Source: Camelus ferus (Eukaryota). Taken from it: a DNA stretch of 64,000 nucleotides. The position numbers and the translations under genes are program-made. The DNA lies in contig NC_045696.1 of the NCBI RefSeq assembly GCF_009834535.1, positions 109,742,001 through 109,806,000 of the forward strand, given 5' to 3'. Shown here piece by piece: positions 12,423 through 24,749 of this stretch; positions within the stretch are counted from its first letter, which is position 1, and each line of letters starts with the position of its first letter. The notes below the pieces were generated by a model. It saw nothing but the letters and a program-made list of their open reading frames with translations, ran no database searches and was not told where the DNA came from.

Positions 12423-13471
12423 CTATACATTTTCATGTATAGAGAATCCTTGCTATTCTGAAATTTAGGTTTTCTTTTTTTTCTTGATTAGCATTGCCAG
12501 GGTTTTATCTGTTTTATTCATCTTCAAGGGCCAAATTTCGGCTTTGTTGATTTTCTCAATTGCAGATTCACTTCTTATTTCATTGATTTTTACTCTCTTG
12601 ACTTTCTTTGGGTTTTGGTTTTTTTTTTCCCCTAGTTTTTATAAAAGGGAGTTAAGATCATTGACCTTCAGCCTCTCTTCTACTCTAATATAGGGATCAA
12701 AGGTGACAAATTTCCCTAAAAACACTCCTTTTCTTGATATATCTTTATGATTATCCCCAAAATATTTAAATATATGTTCTAATTCAAAATATATTCTAAT
12801 TTTCATTGTGATAGCTTATTTGACTTATAGTTTATTTAGAAATGTACTACTTGATCTCCTGCATTTGCAACTTCCTGCTAATCTTTTATTACTTATGTCT
12901 AGCTTAGTTCCAGTATGTTAAGGTATCATGCTCTGAATAATTTCAGCCTTTTGAAATGTGTTGAAGATTGTTTGCTGGTCCAGCATACAGTTACTTTTTG
13001 TAGTTTAGTGTGCATTTAAAAATAATGAGTATTCTGTGGTTGTTGGGTAAAGTGTACTATTTGTGTGTATGTATAAAATATGTAATATTTATGTATAATA
13101 TATAAAGTACCTACATAAATGTATATGTGTATATAAATTGCAAATTGTGTTGTTCAGTTCTATCTTTGAATTTTTATCCAATTTTTCTATTAGTACTGGA
13201 GAAAGATGTATTAAAGTTCCCCACTGTGATTGTGGATTTGTCTATTTCTTCTTTTAATTCTGTCAATTTTTGCTTTATATATTTTAAAATTATATTTTTG
13301 AGTGCACACATATTTGAGTTTTGGGGATTGTGATCTCTTACCTGTAGGTTAGTCCCTTTATAATTATGATCATTATGAAATGCCTCTTTATCTCTAGTGA
13401 TGTTTCGTGCCTTAGATTCTTGTCTAACATGGATATAGTTACACCAGCTTTCTTTTGATTGTTGTATGCAT

Positions 13472-13601
13472 TTTTTATTGTTTTTAATTTGGGGGGAGGT
13501 AATTAGGTTTTTACTTATTTTCAGTGGAGGTACTGGGCATTGAACTTAGGACCTTGTGCATGCTAGGCACGCGCTCTAACCCTGAGCTATACCCTCCCCA
13601 C
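13472..13601 (-). mobile_element. tRNA-derived SINE (Vic-1-like)
   Basis: Reverse-complement SINE; TSD core TGTATGCAT at 13463 and 13602. Confidence 0.85.
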
Positions 13602-14194
13602 TGTATGCATGTTTTTTCATCCTTTTGTGCTCAGTGTTTCTGTGCCCTTATATTTCAAGTGTGTCTTTCATAAGCAACATGTATTTTAAAAGTTCCATCT
13701 GACAATCTAGACTTTTAATTGGCATATATAGTTTGTTGACATTGAACGTAATTACTGATTATTTGGGTGTTATCTACCACCTTATTATTTTTTTCTATTT
13801 GGCTAACCTGTTTTATGTTTCCTTTCCTCTCTTTTCCTGCCTTCTTTTAGATTAGTCATTTTTTAAAAATTAGTTTATTCCTTTTCTCTCTATTAACTTG
13901 TTAGTTACATGTTATTTTTCTCTGTTTTTTTAGTGAGTATGCAATAGATTACAACACACACACTCTTGACTTACATTGTAAGGAAAGTTATCACTGCTAC
14001 AACTTCTTTGTTAGTGGTAGGGGCTTTATAAAAAGTTCATTTACTATCTTCTGTCTCGTGTTATTGTTATGCATTTTTAATTACATTTATAGTTTAGAAT
14101 GTCATAAAATATTATTGTTTATTAAGTCAGTATCTGTCTATATCTAACCACATATTTACTCTCTTCATTGCTCTTCACGCCTTCCTCAATTTCT

Positions 14195-14862
14195 TTTTGT
14201 TTTCTTTTGGTTTCTTTTTCCTTTTTTCTGTTCTTTTTCTGGGGGTGTAATTAGGTTTTTTTTTTTTAATTTATTTTTAGTGGTGATACTGGGGATTGTC
14301 AACTGAAATAAAATCACGCAACGTGAGAGTTGTGGGTTAAGTTTTATTCGGGGCAAATCGAGGACCATAGCCCGGGAGACAACAACTCAGATAGCTATGA
14401 GGAACTGTTCCAAAGAGGCATGGGGAAACTCAGTACTATATCCGATTTCAGTGAAGGGTAGGTACGTGCAGTCAAGTACATGTTTCGGCAGAGGCTGCTG
14501 CAAGTCACAGGGAGCAGAAGGCACTGTTAATGATTTTAGTGCTTTTCTAGGTATGAAGAGATGCAAGAATTTGGGCTTATGAAATCTTCTCCTGATAATA
14601 TCTAATTATTTAAGGCCTGTTCAGTCAATTTTCCCAGAGCACAGAGTGTGTCATTCCTGAATTCCTTTCAGGGAGTGTTGGAGGTCGGCAGCTACAGCGG
14701 CTTGTGATTTAATCCAAGCAGGGTTAGATGGCAAGTGCCAACATGATCCAATCCTTGTAGAGGCAGATGGCAAGTGCCAGTTTTCAGTTAGCAGGACTGA
14801 ACCCAGGACCTAGTGTATGCTAAGCATGCACTCTATCCCTGAGCTACACCCTCCCCCCAACT
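14195..14862 (-). mobile_element. tRNA-derived SINE (Vic-1-like) split by the solo LTR
   Basis: SINE halves rejoin as tactggggat|tgaacccaggacc. 15-bp TSD CCTTCCTCAATTTCT at 14180-94 and 14863-77. Confidence 0.9.
14297..14793 (-). mobile_element. Solo ERV LTR (ERV1-like, 497 bp)
   Basis: TG...CA termini with imperfect inverted ends (tgtcaactgaaa / tttcagttagca), 4-bp TSD GGAT (14293-96) / GGAC (14794-97), AATAAA on the minus strand at ~14343-48. Confidence 0.85.
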
Positions 14863-16194
14863 CCTTCCTCAATTTCTATGTTTCTATCTGGGATCATTTT
14901 TATTCTATCTTAAGAATTTCTTTCCCTAAGTGCAAATTTTCTGGCAAAGACTTTTCTCAGGGTCTTAAGGGTTTTTAACTAATAGTTGCATAGGGGTTTT
15001 CTTTTTTCCCATTGAGTATAATATTCTACCCTGTTACTTTCTTCCATGACTTTAATAGTGACACTGTATTGTGTTCTTCCGTCCATAGTTTCTGTTGAGA
15101 AGTCAACTGAAGTCAGTTGCTCCTTTGCTCCTTTGATAGTAACCTGTTTTTCTCCTCTGGCTGCTTTTAAAACATTCCTTTTATCTTCCTTATGTTCTTT
15201 GGTTTGACCATGGTATGACTAAGTGTGATTTTACCCTAACTGTGAATGTGTGGGATGTTTTTCATCATTTTTGGAAAATTCTCTGCCACTTGTTTGTTTA
15301 AATATTCCTTCTGCCTATTCTCTGTTGACTCTACTTCTGTGATTTTAATTGTATGTGTGGGAATCTTTTAAACATACACAGATGTATTATGCTTTTTTTT
15401 TTTTTTCTGTATTTCCATCTTTTCCCTCTGCTCTAGTTTGGGTATTTTATATTAACCTGTTCTATGCTTTACTAATCCCCTTTTCTCTGCATCTATTGTA
15501 TTGCTAAATCCATTTAATGAGAAATTAACATTAATTATTGCCTTTTTCATGTAAAAATTTTTTTGGAGTAAAACAGACTCCTTTGCTATTTACAATGTTA
15601 TTTCTGAGTTGCAAAAATTCTCTTTCCATGGTTTCATAATTCCTGTATTCCCCCATTCAATCTTGGCTGCCACAATCAGACAAAGTACAGAGACACTTTT
15701 TCTTGCATCTGTAGTGGAATTACTGCCTTTTTCACTGCTAAAATTTCCATTTCATTTCTTCTTCATAGATTTCAGTTCTCCAGTGAAATTCTCCACCTTT
15801 TACACTATTTTGACCATCTTTTTCTCTATTTTTACCACATTTTACTCTATTCTCTTGGCCTAATAATCATAGTTTTTAAAGGTCCTTGTCTGTCTGCTAG
15901 TGCAGCATCTGGATTATTTGCAGATGTATTCATATTGTGTGCTTTTCTATTAGTTTTTTGGACATATAGTTCTCCTGGCACGCCTTTTAATTTTTGCTTA
16001 AACAACTGGATATTGTATATGGTATTTCGTAGAGGCTCCAGATGACATACCATCATTTCCAGAGTGTGTTCACTCTTCTATTCTCCTAAGAAGATACAAT
16101 GGGGACTAGTCACTTTCATCCAATCTAGATTTGGCTGAATCAAGACTAATTTGCAGTTTTGACAGGTTCCTATATTCTCTCACTGAAAGCCTGG

Positions 16195-16706
16195 GGTGGT
16201 GGGCAAAAAAATGGCCCTTCCCCCAAAGATGCCCATGTCTTAATCCCATGAACAGTGAATATGTTACGTTACATGGCAGGGGAGGATTAAGGTTGCAGAT
16301 GGAATTAAAGTTGTTAATCAGGTAGTTTGGGGATAAAGAGATGGTCCTAAATTATATGGGTGGGTCAGTGTAATCACAAGGGTCTTTTAATGTGGAAGAG
16401 GGAAGGAGAAGTGTGTCTGAGTGAGGCAATGTAAGAAAGACTACACTTGCTGGCTTTGAAGATGAAAGGGGGTAGGGCCACGAGCTAAGAAATGTGAGCA
16501 GCTCTAAAGCAGGGAAAGGCAAGAAAATGGATTCTTCTGTGGAGACTTCAGAAAGGAGTGCACAACCCTGCTGACACCTTGAGTTCAGCCCAATGAGATC
16601 CATTTCAAACTTCAGACCTACAGGCTACAGAACTGTAAGATAATAAATTTGCTTTAAGCCACTAAATTTGTGGTGCTTTTTACAGAAGCAACAGGAGACG
16701 AACACA
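16195..16706 (+). mobile_element. MaLR LTR (MLT1D-like)
   Basis: Characteristic segments cccccaaagatg, ttacatggca, ggctttgaagatg, aagataataaattt...tttaagccactaaatttgtgg. Confidence 0.8.
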
Positions 16707-18266
16707 CCCAGCATAGTCTCTGGGACCTCTCTAAGGTGTGGAATTAATTTTTGCCTCCCATTCCATGAAGCTTCAAATTGTGCCAAATATCTTAAGGGGA
16801 AAACTGGTCTTTTGTCAGGCTTAGCTCTCTGCACCTCCCTTCTCATTGGGATCTGGCCTCCAATTCTGTTTTTCCAGCCCTGACATTGCCAAAGCTCTGC
16901 TAGTAGTGGCCTTTTGCTCAGGCAAAGCCAGATATCTCTTGCCCTGTGCCCAGAAGTGGCAAATTCCCCCAGGGAAATGTGGTTGCGGAATGCTATCTCA
17001 CCTCTCTGGGTCACCCCCTCCCTTTTCCAGAAATCTGGCACCTCTAATCTCTAATGCTCTTAAGTAGATGTTTTCCGGTGCTTTATTGACATCTAGATGT
17101 ATTCAATACGAGCACAGTTCCTACACAAGCTACTTCACACCGTCACAGAAGCACAAGTGAGGACTATGTTAGCTTCTCATTGTTAATCTTTATTTTTCAA
17201 GACTGTAGCATATTGTTACTGAATGAATGAATTTCACAAGTTATTAGGCTCACTTATAATTGCTCTAATTCTTCATTTATTCATACCTATGAAAGGAAAT
17301 AGGTATCTGTGAGAGCAGAGACCGCATTTTTCTTGTTCAACATGCTAATCCTAGGTTGGAAAATAGTGCCTGGTATAATATAAGGCTCAAAAAATTATCA
17401 AATAGATGAATAAATGCAAATAAAGAATTGTCTCAAAAGTGGATTGAGCAATCATCTCTGTAAGCCTGTGGACAAAAGTCAAATAGGATCAAGAGGTGAA
17501 CATTGCTCCTAAGGTTGATGATCTACCTAAAGCTAACAGCCTAAATCCAACAGGCCAAGGTGCCTTCTGACCTCTGCGGAGCAAAGTCTGGAAACTTCCT
17601 ATGTACCAGGGCAGAGTCATACTGCAAAGGGAGGGCACCCACATGCTAGAGCCATCTCTGTTGCTTGGGCACAATCTCTCACAATAAATAGCAGAGCAAT
17701 TTAGAAGATTTTACCGTAGGAGACAATTCAAAGACTTCATGATGAATTTTGGAAAATCAGGAATTTGTAAATTTATCATTAATGATGTGCCAGGCACTGA
17801 GCTAAGTGCTTTCCAAATATTAATTTATAGTAATCCTAAGAGGGAGATGCTCTCGTCATCTCCATTTCATACAGGAAGAAAATGAGGCACAGAGAGGTTG
17901 AGGAACTTGCCTGAGGTCAGACAGGCAGTACACATTAGAACCAGCATTCAAGCTAGGCAGCCCTCCCCCCTGTGGCCTCTGGAGCAATTTCACTCTCTCC
18001 TTTTTCCAAGGGCCTCTGTGATAACCAAGACTACCTTCTGAAGTGGCAACACATTTGTTTAAACCCTGTTGACTTCAGAATTGACTAGGTTGCTACTGGT
18101 TGCTGTCACAAAACCCCTAATCTCAACAGTTTAACCTAACAGAGGTTGGCTTCTTGCAAATATAATGCCCAGTCGACAGCAGTGGTGGTGATTTGCTGGA
18201 GAGGCAGTGGTGGGGAGTTCACCTTCATAGCTCTGGTCAGTTATTCAGACATCCAGGCTGAGAGAA

Positions 18267-20226
18267 TTTTTTTTAAATAATGGCAAACTTTATTGTCATA
18301 AATCACAGGAATTGCCCAGGACATATTTCACAGAACTAGAAAAAATCATAATAAAATTCATATGGAACCATCAAAGACCTAGAATTGCCAAAGCATTACT
18401 GAAGAGAAAGAAAGAGGCTGGAGGAATAACTCTCCCAGACTTCAGACAATACTATAGAGCTACAGTCATCAAGACAGCATGGTATTGGTACCAAAACAGA
18501 CATATAGACCAACGGAACAGAATAGAGAGCCCAGAAATGAATCCACAAACTTCTGATCAACTCATCTTTGACAAAGGAGGCAAGAATATACATTGGAATA
18601 AAGACAGTCTCTTCAGCAAATGGTGTTGGGAAAACTGGACAGCAGCATGTAAAACAATGAAGCTAGAACACTCCCTTACACCATATACAAAAATCAACTC
18701 AAAATGGATTAAAGACTTAAACATAAGACAAGATACAATAAACCTCCTAGAGGAAAACATAGGCAAAACATTATCTGACATACATCTCAAAAATTTTCTC
18801 CTAGAAGAAATAAAAGCAAGAATAAACAAATGGGACCTAATGAAACTTACAAGCTTCTGCACAGCAAAGGAAACCAGAAATAAAACAAGAAGAAAACCTA
18901 TGGAATGGGAGAAAATTTTTGCAAGTGAAACCAACAAAGGCTTGATCTCCAGAATATATAAGCAGCTCATACGACTCAATAAGAAAAAAATAAACAACCC
19001 AATCCAAAAATGGGCAGAAGACCTAAACAAGCAATTCTCCAAGGAAGACATACAAATGATCAAAAAGCACATGAAAAAATGCTCAATATCACTAATTATC
19101 AGAGAAATGCAAATCAAAACTACAGTGAGGTATCACCTCACACCAGTCAGAATGGCCGTCATTCAAAAATCCACAAATGACAAATGCTGGAAAGGCTGTG
19201 GAGAAAGGGGAACCCTCCTACACTGCTGGTGGGAATGCAGTTTGGTGCAGCCACTATGGAAAACAGTGTGGAGATTCCTCAAAAGACTAGGAATAAACTT
19301 ACCATATGACCCAGGAATCCTACTCCTGGGCTTGTATCCAGAAGGAAATTACTTCAGGATGACACCTGCACCCCAATGTTCATAGCAGCACTATTTACAA
19401 TAGCCAAAACATGGAAACAGCCTAAATGTCCATCAACTGGTGACTGGATAAAGAAGATGTGGTATATTTATACAATGGAATACTATTCAGTCATAAAAAA
19501 GACAATACAACGCCATTTGCAGCAACATGGATGTCCCTGGAGAATGTCATTCTAAGTGAAGTAAGCCAGAAAGAGAAAGAAAAATACCATATGAGATCGC
19601 TCAAATGTGGAATCTAAAAAACAAAAACAAAAACAAACAAACAAAAACAAAGCGTAAATAAAGGACAGAAATAGACTCACAGACAGAGAATACAGACTTG
19701 TGGTTATGAGGGGGCTGGAGGGTGGGAAGGGATAGACTGGGATTTCAAAATTGTAGAATAGACTACACTGTATAGCACAGGGAAATATACACAAAATGTT
19801 ATGATAACTCACAGAGAAAAAAAGGTGACAATGAGTGTGTATATGTCCATGAATAACTGAAAAATTGTGCTGAACACTGGAATTTGACACAACATTGTAA
19901 AATGATTATAAATCAATAAGAAATGTTAAAAAAATCACAGGAATTGAAGTGGGGGGGGAAAGCCAGATTATAAGTTTAAAGAGGAAAAAAAAAAAAAAGA
20001 AAAAAAAATCAAATCAAATAACTACTGACCCAGAGGGTGGACCTCTGAAACCCCATGCCCTCTAGGGGAGGGGCCTGGGGCAGGTCACTGTAAACAGAGC
20101 GGTAAGGCCTGTGGGTGGAAGTGGAGACATCAGACCTGTGGGGTTGGGGGGCTGGCTGACCTTCCCAGACCCCGGATGCTCCCCAGTCCGCACCAAGGAG
20201 GGACCGTCTTCGGGACCACAGCACAC
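18267..20226 (-). pseudogene. Short processed retrocopy (~330 nt, probably an mRNA 3' UTR) interrupted by the L1; parent gene unidentified
   Basis: T8 at 18267-74, AATAAA on the minus strand at 18289-94, unique-looking body at 19947-20226, flanking direct repeat TCCAGGCTG at 18252-60 and 20227-35. Confidence 0.7.
18315..19931 (+). mobile_element. Young 5'-truncated LINE-1 (ORF2 C-terminal part, 3' UTR, short A tail)
   Basis: 357-codon ORF with L1 ORF2 motifs ([31 protein letters not shown]). Frameshifts near 19345 and 19500, stop at 19615-17. Perfect 15-bp TSD AAATCACAGGAATTG at 18300-18314 and 19932-19946. Confidence 0.97.
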
Positions 20227-20515
20227 TCCAGGCTGTGATTTTTGCTCCGTCATTTTCAACGTGTGGTTTCCGAGACTGCCAACATACACGTTGACATCTA
20301 GAAATAGAAGTGTGGGAGGCAGTGTAAGAGGTTTGCGTGGACCAAGCTTGGAAGTGATAAACATCACTTCTACTTTTATTATATTGGGTATAGCTCAGTC
20401 ACTTGACCCCACCTAGATGCAAACAGGATAGGAACCGGAATCCCTAGCTGGGCAATTTTTTTTTCCCCAGCAACAACATATACTATGAGGGAGAGGCACA
20501 TGTCTTGGGTCTTTT

Positions 20516-20980
20516 ATCTTAGTTTCAGTTCCTCCAGAAAACACACTTTTAGACAAGACTTTTCAAATGTTTTATTTGGTAAGTATAGAAACACAGGTTA
20601 GAGAATGGGAAGTAAGACAGAGATAAGAAGGCATCCAAAGGATGTATGGACAAGTCAGTTACCACTGTGGAGCCTGGGGCTTAATTCCACTGGGGAAACT
20701 CTGGGAGCCAGGGTAGAATATCCCAACCAAGGGGCTGGCAAACAAGAGCCTTCATACACCAACTCCTGCCAGTCATTGAGAGTTTTTCCCATGGGCCATA
20801 AATCCCCTGCCTCCCTGCCTTCTGTGCAGGTGGCAAAGCAGACTCCTGGTGTCAGAGAATGCCTGCATGCAAAAAAAAAAAAAAACACAGGTTCTGGCAG
20901 TTGGAAGTTTCCCAGTGTGCCTGTGAGGGGTGAGGTTGATGGATACGTATGGGATACTAAGGGTCTGCTCCATGGTCTCT
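20516..20980. mobile_element. Old MaLR (MLT1-like) LTR
   Basis: tcttagtttcagttcctccagaa...gtttatttgg...gggaagtaagacag pattern. Confidence 0.5.
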
Positions 20981-21600
20981 GCCAGAATCCACCACATGGT
21001 CCAGTGACATATGGACTAAAAAGACCAGCAGCTGCCCACCCCTCACCCCCATACAATTGCATACGTAACATACAGTGGTGGAGGAGGGACAGAATAACAA
21101 CAATAAAACTCCATTTCATAAAGGGGAGGGGTGGAGACCGGGAGCTACTCCTGGTCAGTATCAGCTTTGAAGTCCTACTGGGCAGGCATGTGAATTAATC
21201 AGGCGGGGTGGTTCCTCTGCTCTCTGAAAGTAGTTTCCTTCGCTCATTGCTCTCCAAGGTCCTGGCAGCCCCCTCTGGGAGGGCCTACTTTTCCACTCCC
21301 TTCTCTAGCCAGGTCTGGATGGGCTACTGAGGAGTCTGTGCTCCTCGGGGGCTGTATGACTTTTCACCCACTTCCTACTATGCAAGCTTGAAGACTGTAT
21401 CAAAGTTCGAACACTCCAGATTTCTGGTTTTCTTTACAAAACAATGATCTCACAACCTTAGTCACCTTCAGATCTTTTTGCTCCCAGTCAGTTTCATGTG
21501 GTGGTCTTCTACTTCACACATACAAGACAAGGCCAAGGCCTGATGGTGAGAAGATACATGAGACACTTTTAGATTTAGATCACTTGTTACTTCCATAGAT

Positions 21601-21603
<3 letters not shown>

Positions 21604-21631
<28 letters not shown>
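21604..21631 (+). repeat. Poly(A) run (~28 nt)
   Basis: Directly visible. Confidence 0.9.
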
Positions 21632-21636
<5 letters not shown>

Positions 21637-23966
21637 GCCAAAAGTACCATCTCCCACACACCAAAAAGGATGACACCAAAGAAAAGGGGCTGGTGACTAT
21701 AACTTGAGTTGTGGGAAATCCCATGGCTGGGGAGCCAAATCTAGATGGCAGCTAAGTGCTTTTATACTCTGCAGCTCTATTCTGGGGGGAGTGGTGCAGG
21801 AAGCCCCACACCTCAGCAGAATCTGGGAGGTGATGAAAACTATCTGATGACAGCCTCCTAGAGGAGCCAGGAAGACGGTTGGGAGGTGGCCTCCATCCTC
21901 TCATATTCCAGCAGAATCACAGGGTGTTTGGCTGGGGCTCAGATGTGCTGCAACTCCAACCTTTGCCTATATGGGTGTGTGCAGGGTCGTCAGGAAGCCA
22001 CGGCAGAGCTGTTCCCCTACAGTAGTAGCCACACCCACAGTTCTCTCCTGGACTCATTTTCAAGACTCTCTCTCAATTGATAGTGCCTACCCAGCTTGGA
22101 TGGGAGGACCAAACTCTTTACAAGATCATTTCCACATGGATGGGTTGTAATGGACGTTTGCTGTGCAAAGGTTTATCTCTTGTTTTGGGGGCCTTGATGT
22201 AGTCAGCTTTTCTAATCTTGCAAAACCCCACAGGTTTGAATTTTTTAATTCCCTTTAATTTTTTGTGTGCAAGCAAGCCAATTCTTCTGAGTAGCCAAAG
22301 CAACCAACACATGTTGCTGACATTCTATTTTACCTGCTCTTCCCTACATTTCAGCAGACCCAGTAGGCCTACTGAGGTCTCCTTTCCCATTACCCTCCTA
22401 CCTTCCAGGTACTGAAGACAACAGTTTCATTAAATATTTTGCCACTACAAAGACTATTTCTGTAGCAATAAAGATCATTACTAATCTCATTTCAAAAATT
22501 ATATATCCCCTTATTTTTACACATTTCTTTGCATACAGCACAGGAAACAAATGTAAAACTCAATCCCTGGAAAAAAACCTATTTTTAGCTTATTTTTTGG
22601 TTTTCAGAAATCTTATCTATGTAGCAAAATATAACAAGAACTACTCATATTCCTACCATTCGTATTTTAAAAGTAACTATTTTGTCATATTTGTTTCATG
22701 TATTTTCTTATTCTACAAACAGATAAAGTTCCCTTTAAACTTACTCCAAGCAGGGTCTGGAGTGTCTGGCCCTAGGTGACAGAAGTGTCAAAGAAACAGA
22801 GGGGTGGCCCTGAATGCCAGGGAGGGGAGGGGAAAGTTAATCCCCAGACCCCAACTTCGGAGGCAGCTTCCTGAGGGCACATCACAACGATTCCCCATTT
22901 TCAACAAAATCTTCATGGACCAAAACCCATATAACGACTTTCATCCTTTACTAAGGAACTGCTATTCAGGCAAAGTAACATGCATCAGAGCCAGTCTGAG
23001 GGGCTTGTTAAACTCAGATCAATGGACTCAGTAGATGTGGGGTTGAGCTCAAGAATGTTCATTTCTACAAGTTCTCAGGTGACGCTGATGCTCCTGGTCC
23101 CTGCACCACAGCAGGTAGAGAACCAGTGCTCCAGCTAATGCCCCAGACTAGGTACCTCGGAGACAGACACAGACCGTCTCTGCCCATGTAGAGACACAAA
23201 CGGGAGACCCTCTCATCTGGTCTCCTATTTTACAGATGAGGTCGACTCCCTGCTTTTTAAAGCCAGTCACTAAAAGCTAAAGGGTTGATATCATTTCCCT
23301 CCTCTTCTTTAGCAGCACCTACGACTCTCCTCCTCCCGTGAGGCTTCCACATGGCACCAGGCAAGTCAGGGGCAGGCTCCTGCCTGCCGTGCTGACCTCC
23401 GTGCAGAGACGGGTGGCAGCACGTGCCGGGGAGCACCCTGGGGGCTCAGCAGGGGCACTGGGTTTCCAGTCATGCGACCTCTGCTCAAGCCCAGGTGCCG
23501 CCACTTCCTGGCTGTGTGGCCCTGGGCAAGTTACACAGTCCCTGAGCCTCACTTTCCCATCTATGTGGCACAGACAACGATGCCACATGCTAGAAGACTG
23601 CTGAGCAGAGTGAGCAGGAACGTGCAAGCAGGAGTCCTCTATCGACTGTGAAGGACCCAAGAATTAGTAATTATTATTACACAGCTCACCACAGACTTAC
23701 CTCCTCACAATGAACTTGGTGGCAGGATCTTCTTTTTGTTTCACATCTCTAGTAACTTTCGTTTATGTGTAAGGTTTTCCTCACCCTCTCCCCGACAAGA
23801 GGCCTTTACCTTTAAGCCACAGTGTCACTGATTCTGACTCACCTTCCGTGGGTGTGTTTACACACTTAGATCCAAGCTGTTCTTTGCCATATTGAGACTC
23901 TAAAAAGAAAAAGAAAAAGAAAAAGAAAAACAATCAAGGCACAGAGGATTAAACTCTCACATTACT

Positions 23967-24100
23967 TAACCTTTAATGAAAAAGAATATGAAAATGGATA
24001 TATGTATATATATGTACGACTGAGACATTATGTTGTACACCAGAAATTGACACATTGTTTCTGACTATACTTCAATAAAAAAAAATAAAAAAATAAACTT
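23967..24100 (+). mobile_element. Short L1 3'-end insertion
   Basis: gtacaccagaaattgacacattg...ctatacttcaataaaa plus A tail; flanking repeat ACATTACT at 23959 and 24101. Confidence 0.75.
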
Positions 24101-24749
24101 ACATTACTCAAGCAGAGTCATAATCTTCTTAACCTCAGTAGTCAAGAATAAAATGAGGAGAAATGTGAACGCAGCAGTTCGTCATTGGCCGTCAACAAGC
24201 CAAGATTCTGTAGTTCTTCTTTACTTCCTCTCCCTGATTTTTGTTATTTGAACATTAGGTTCCATCCTAGAATATGCCCAACACTCGTGGTGTTACACAG
24301 CAGGAAAATGGGATGCTCACTGAAAAGGTTTGGGGCAGGGGAACCACTGAAGACCTTGGGAAAGAACTCTTTCGCGTCACCCTGACATCTTTCTTCTCCT
24401 TAGATCTCTTGGCTGTGGTAGCTGGTGAGCAGGTGAGCACGTTCGTTCTTTATTGGAGGAAAAAGAATCCAGTCCGCCAGCCCTTGGAGTCAAAAAGACT
24501 TGGATGCTGTCTTAATACTAACACTCACTGAGACCTTAAACACATCGTTTAATTTCTCTAAGCGTCAGTTTTTACATCTGTAAAATGGAGATACCACCAT
24601 TTGCCTCACAGAGCTGTTTCGAATGATAATATAGTTTCTCGTTGTAAAATATTTATTGAGGAATCTCTCTTTTCCCTGACTTTATTTTTTGGATGTGTTA
24701 GGGCCTCTTCTAGCCATGGGCGCTTGTCGAACTCCCAACAGAGCCCAGG

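Larger units (their letters stand above)
8740..16130 (-). mobile_element. Long degraded old L1 hosting nested SINEs, L1 tails and LTR pieces
   Basis: Continuous T-rich antisense L1 motifs (cccagcatcatttact, catgaatgggtgttgaatttt, ctgttgagaagtca). Confidence 0.75.
18080..20450. mobile_element. Old MaLR LTR (MLT1J/K-like) split into ~18080-18266 and ~20227-20450
   Basis: The halves read contiguously as the recalled MLT1 consensus (...ttattcagacatccaggctg | ...gctccgtcattttcaacgtgtggtttcc...ggaagtgataaacatcacttc...tcagtcac). Confidence 0.65.

Noticed and set aside
18557..19117. 186-aa hydrophobic ORF on the minus strand
   Set aside because: Antisense shadow of A-rich L1 ORF2, a common artefact.
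20062..20367. 101-aa minus-strand ORF with DVNVYVGSLGNH, reminiscent of the RNP2 motif of SRSF3/SRSF7
   Set aside because: The motif lies in the MLT1-like half, outside the retrocopy's TSD, and no further RRM similarity follows.
20605..21198. 197-aa plus-strand ORF and overlapping 154-aa antisense ORF
   Set aside because: They lie over degraded MaLR-like sequence with a poly(A) run; no recognisable domain or exon structure.
21598..21640. Isolated 28-nt poly(A) as a tail-only retro-insertion
   Set aside because: Flanks (agatagc / agaagc) are too weak to call a TSD; simple slippage explains it equally well.
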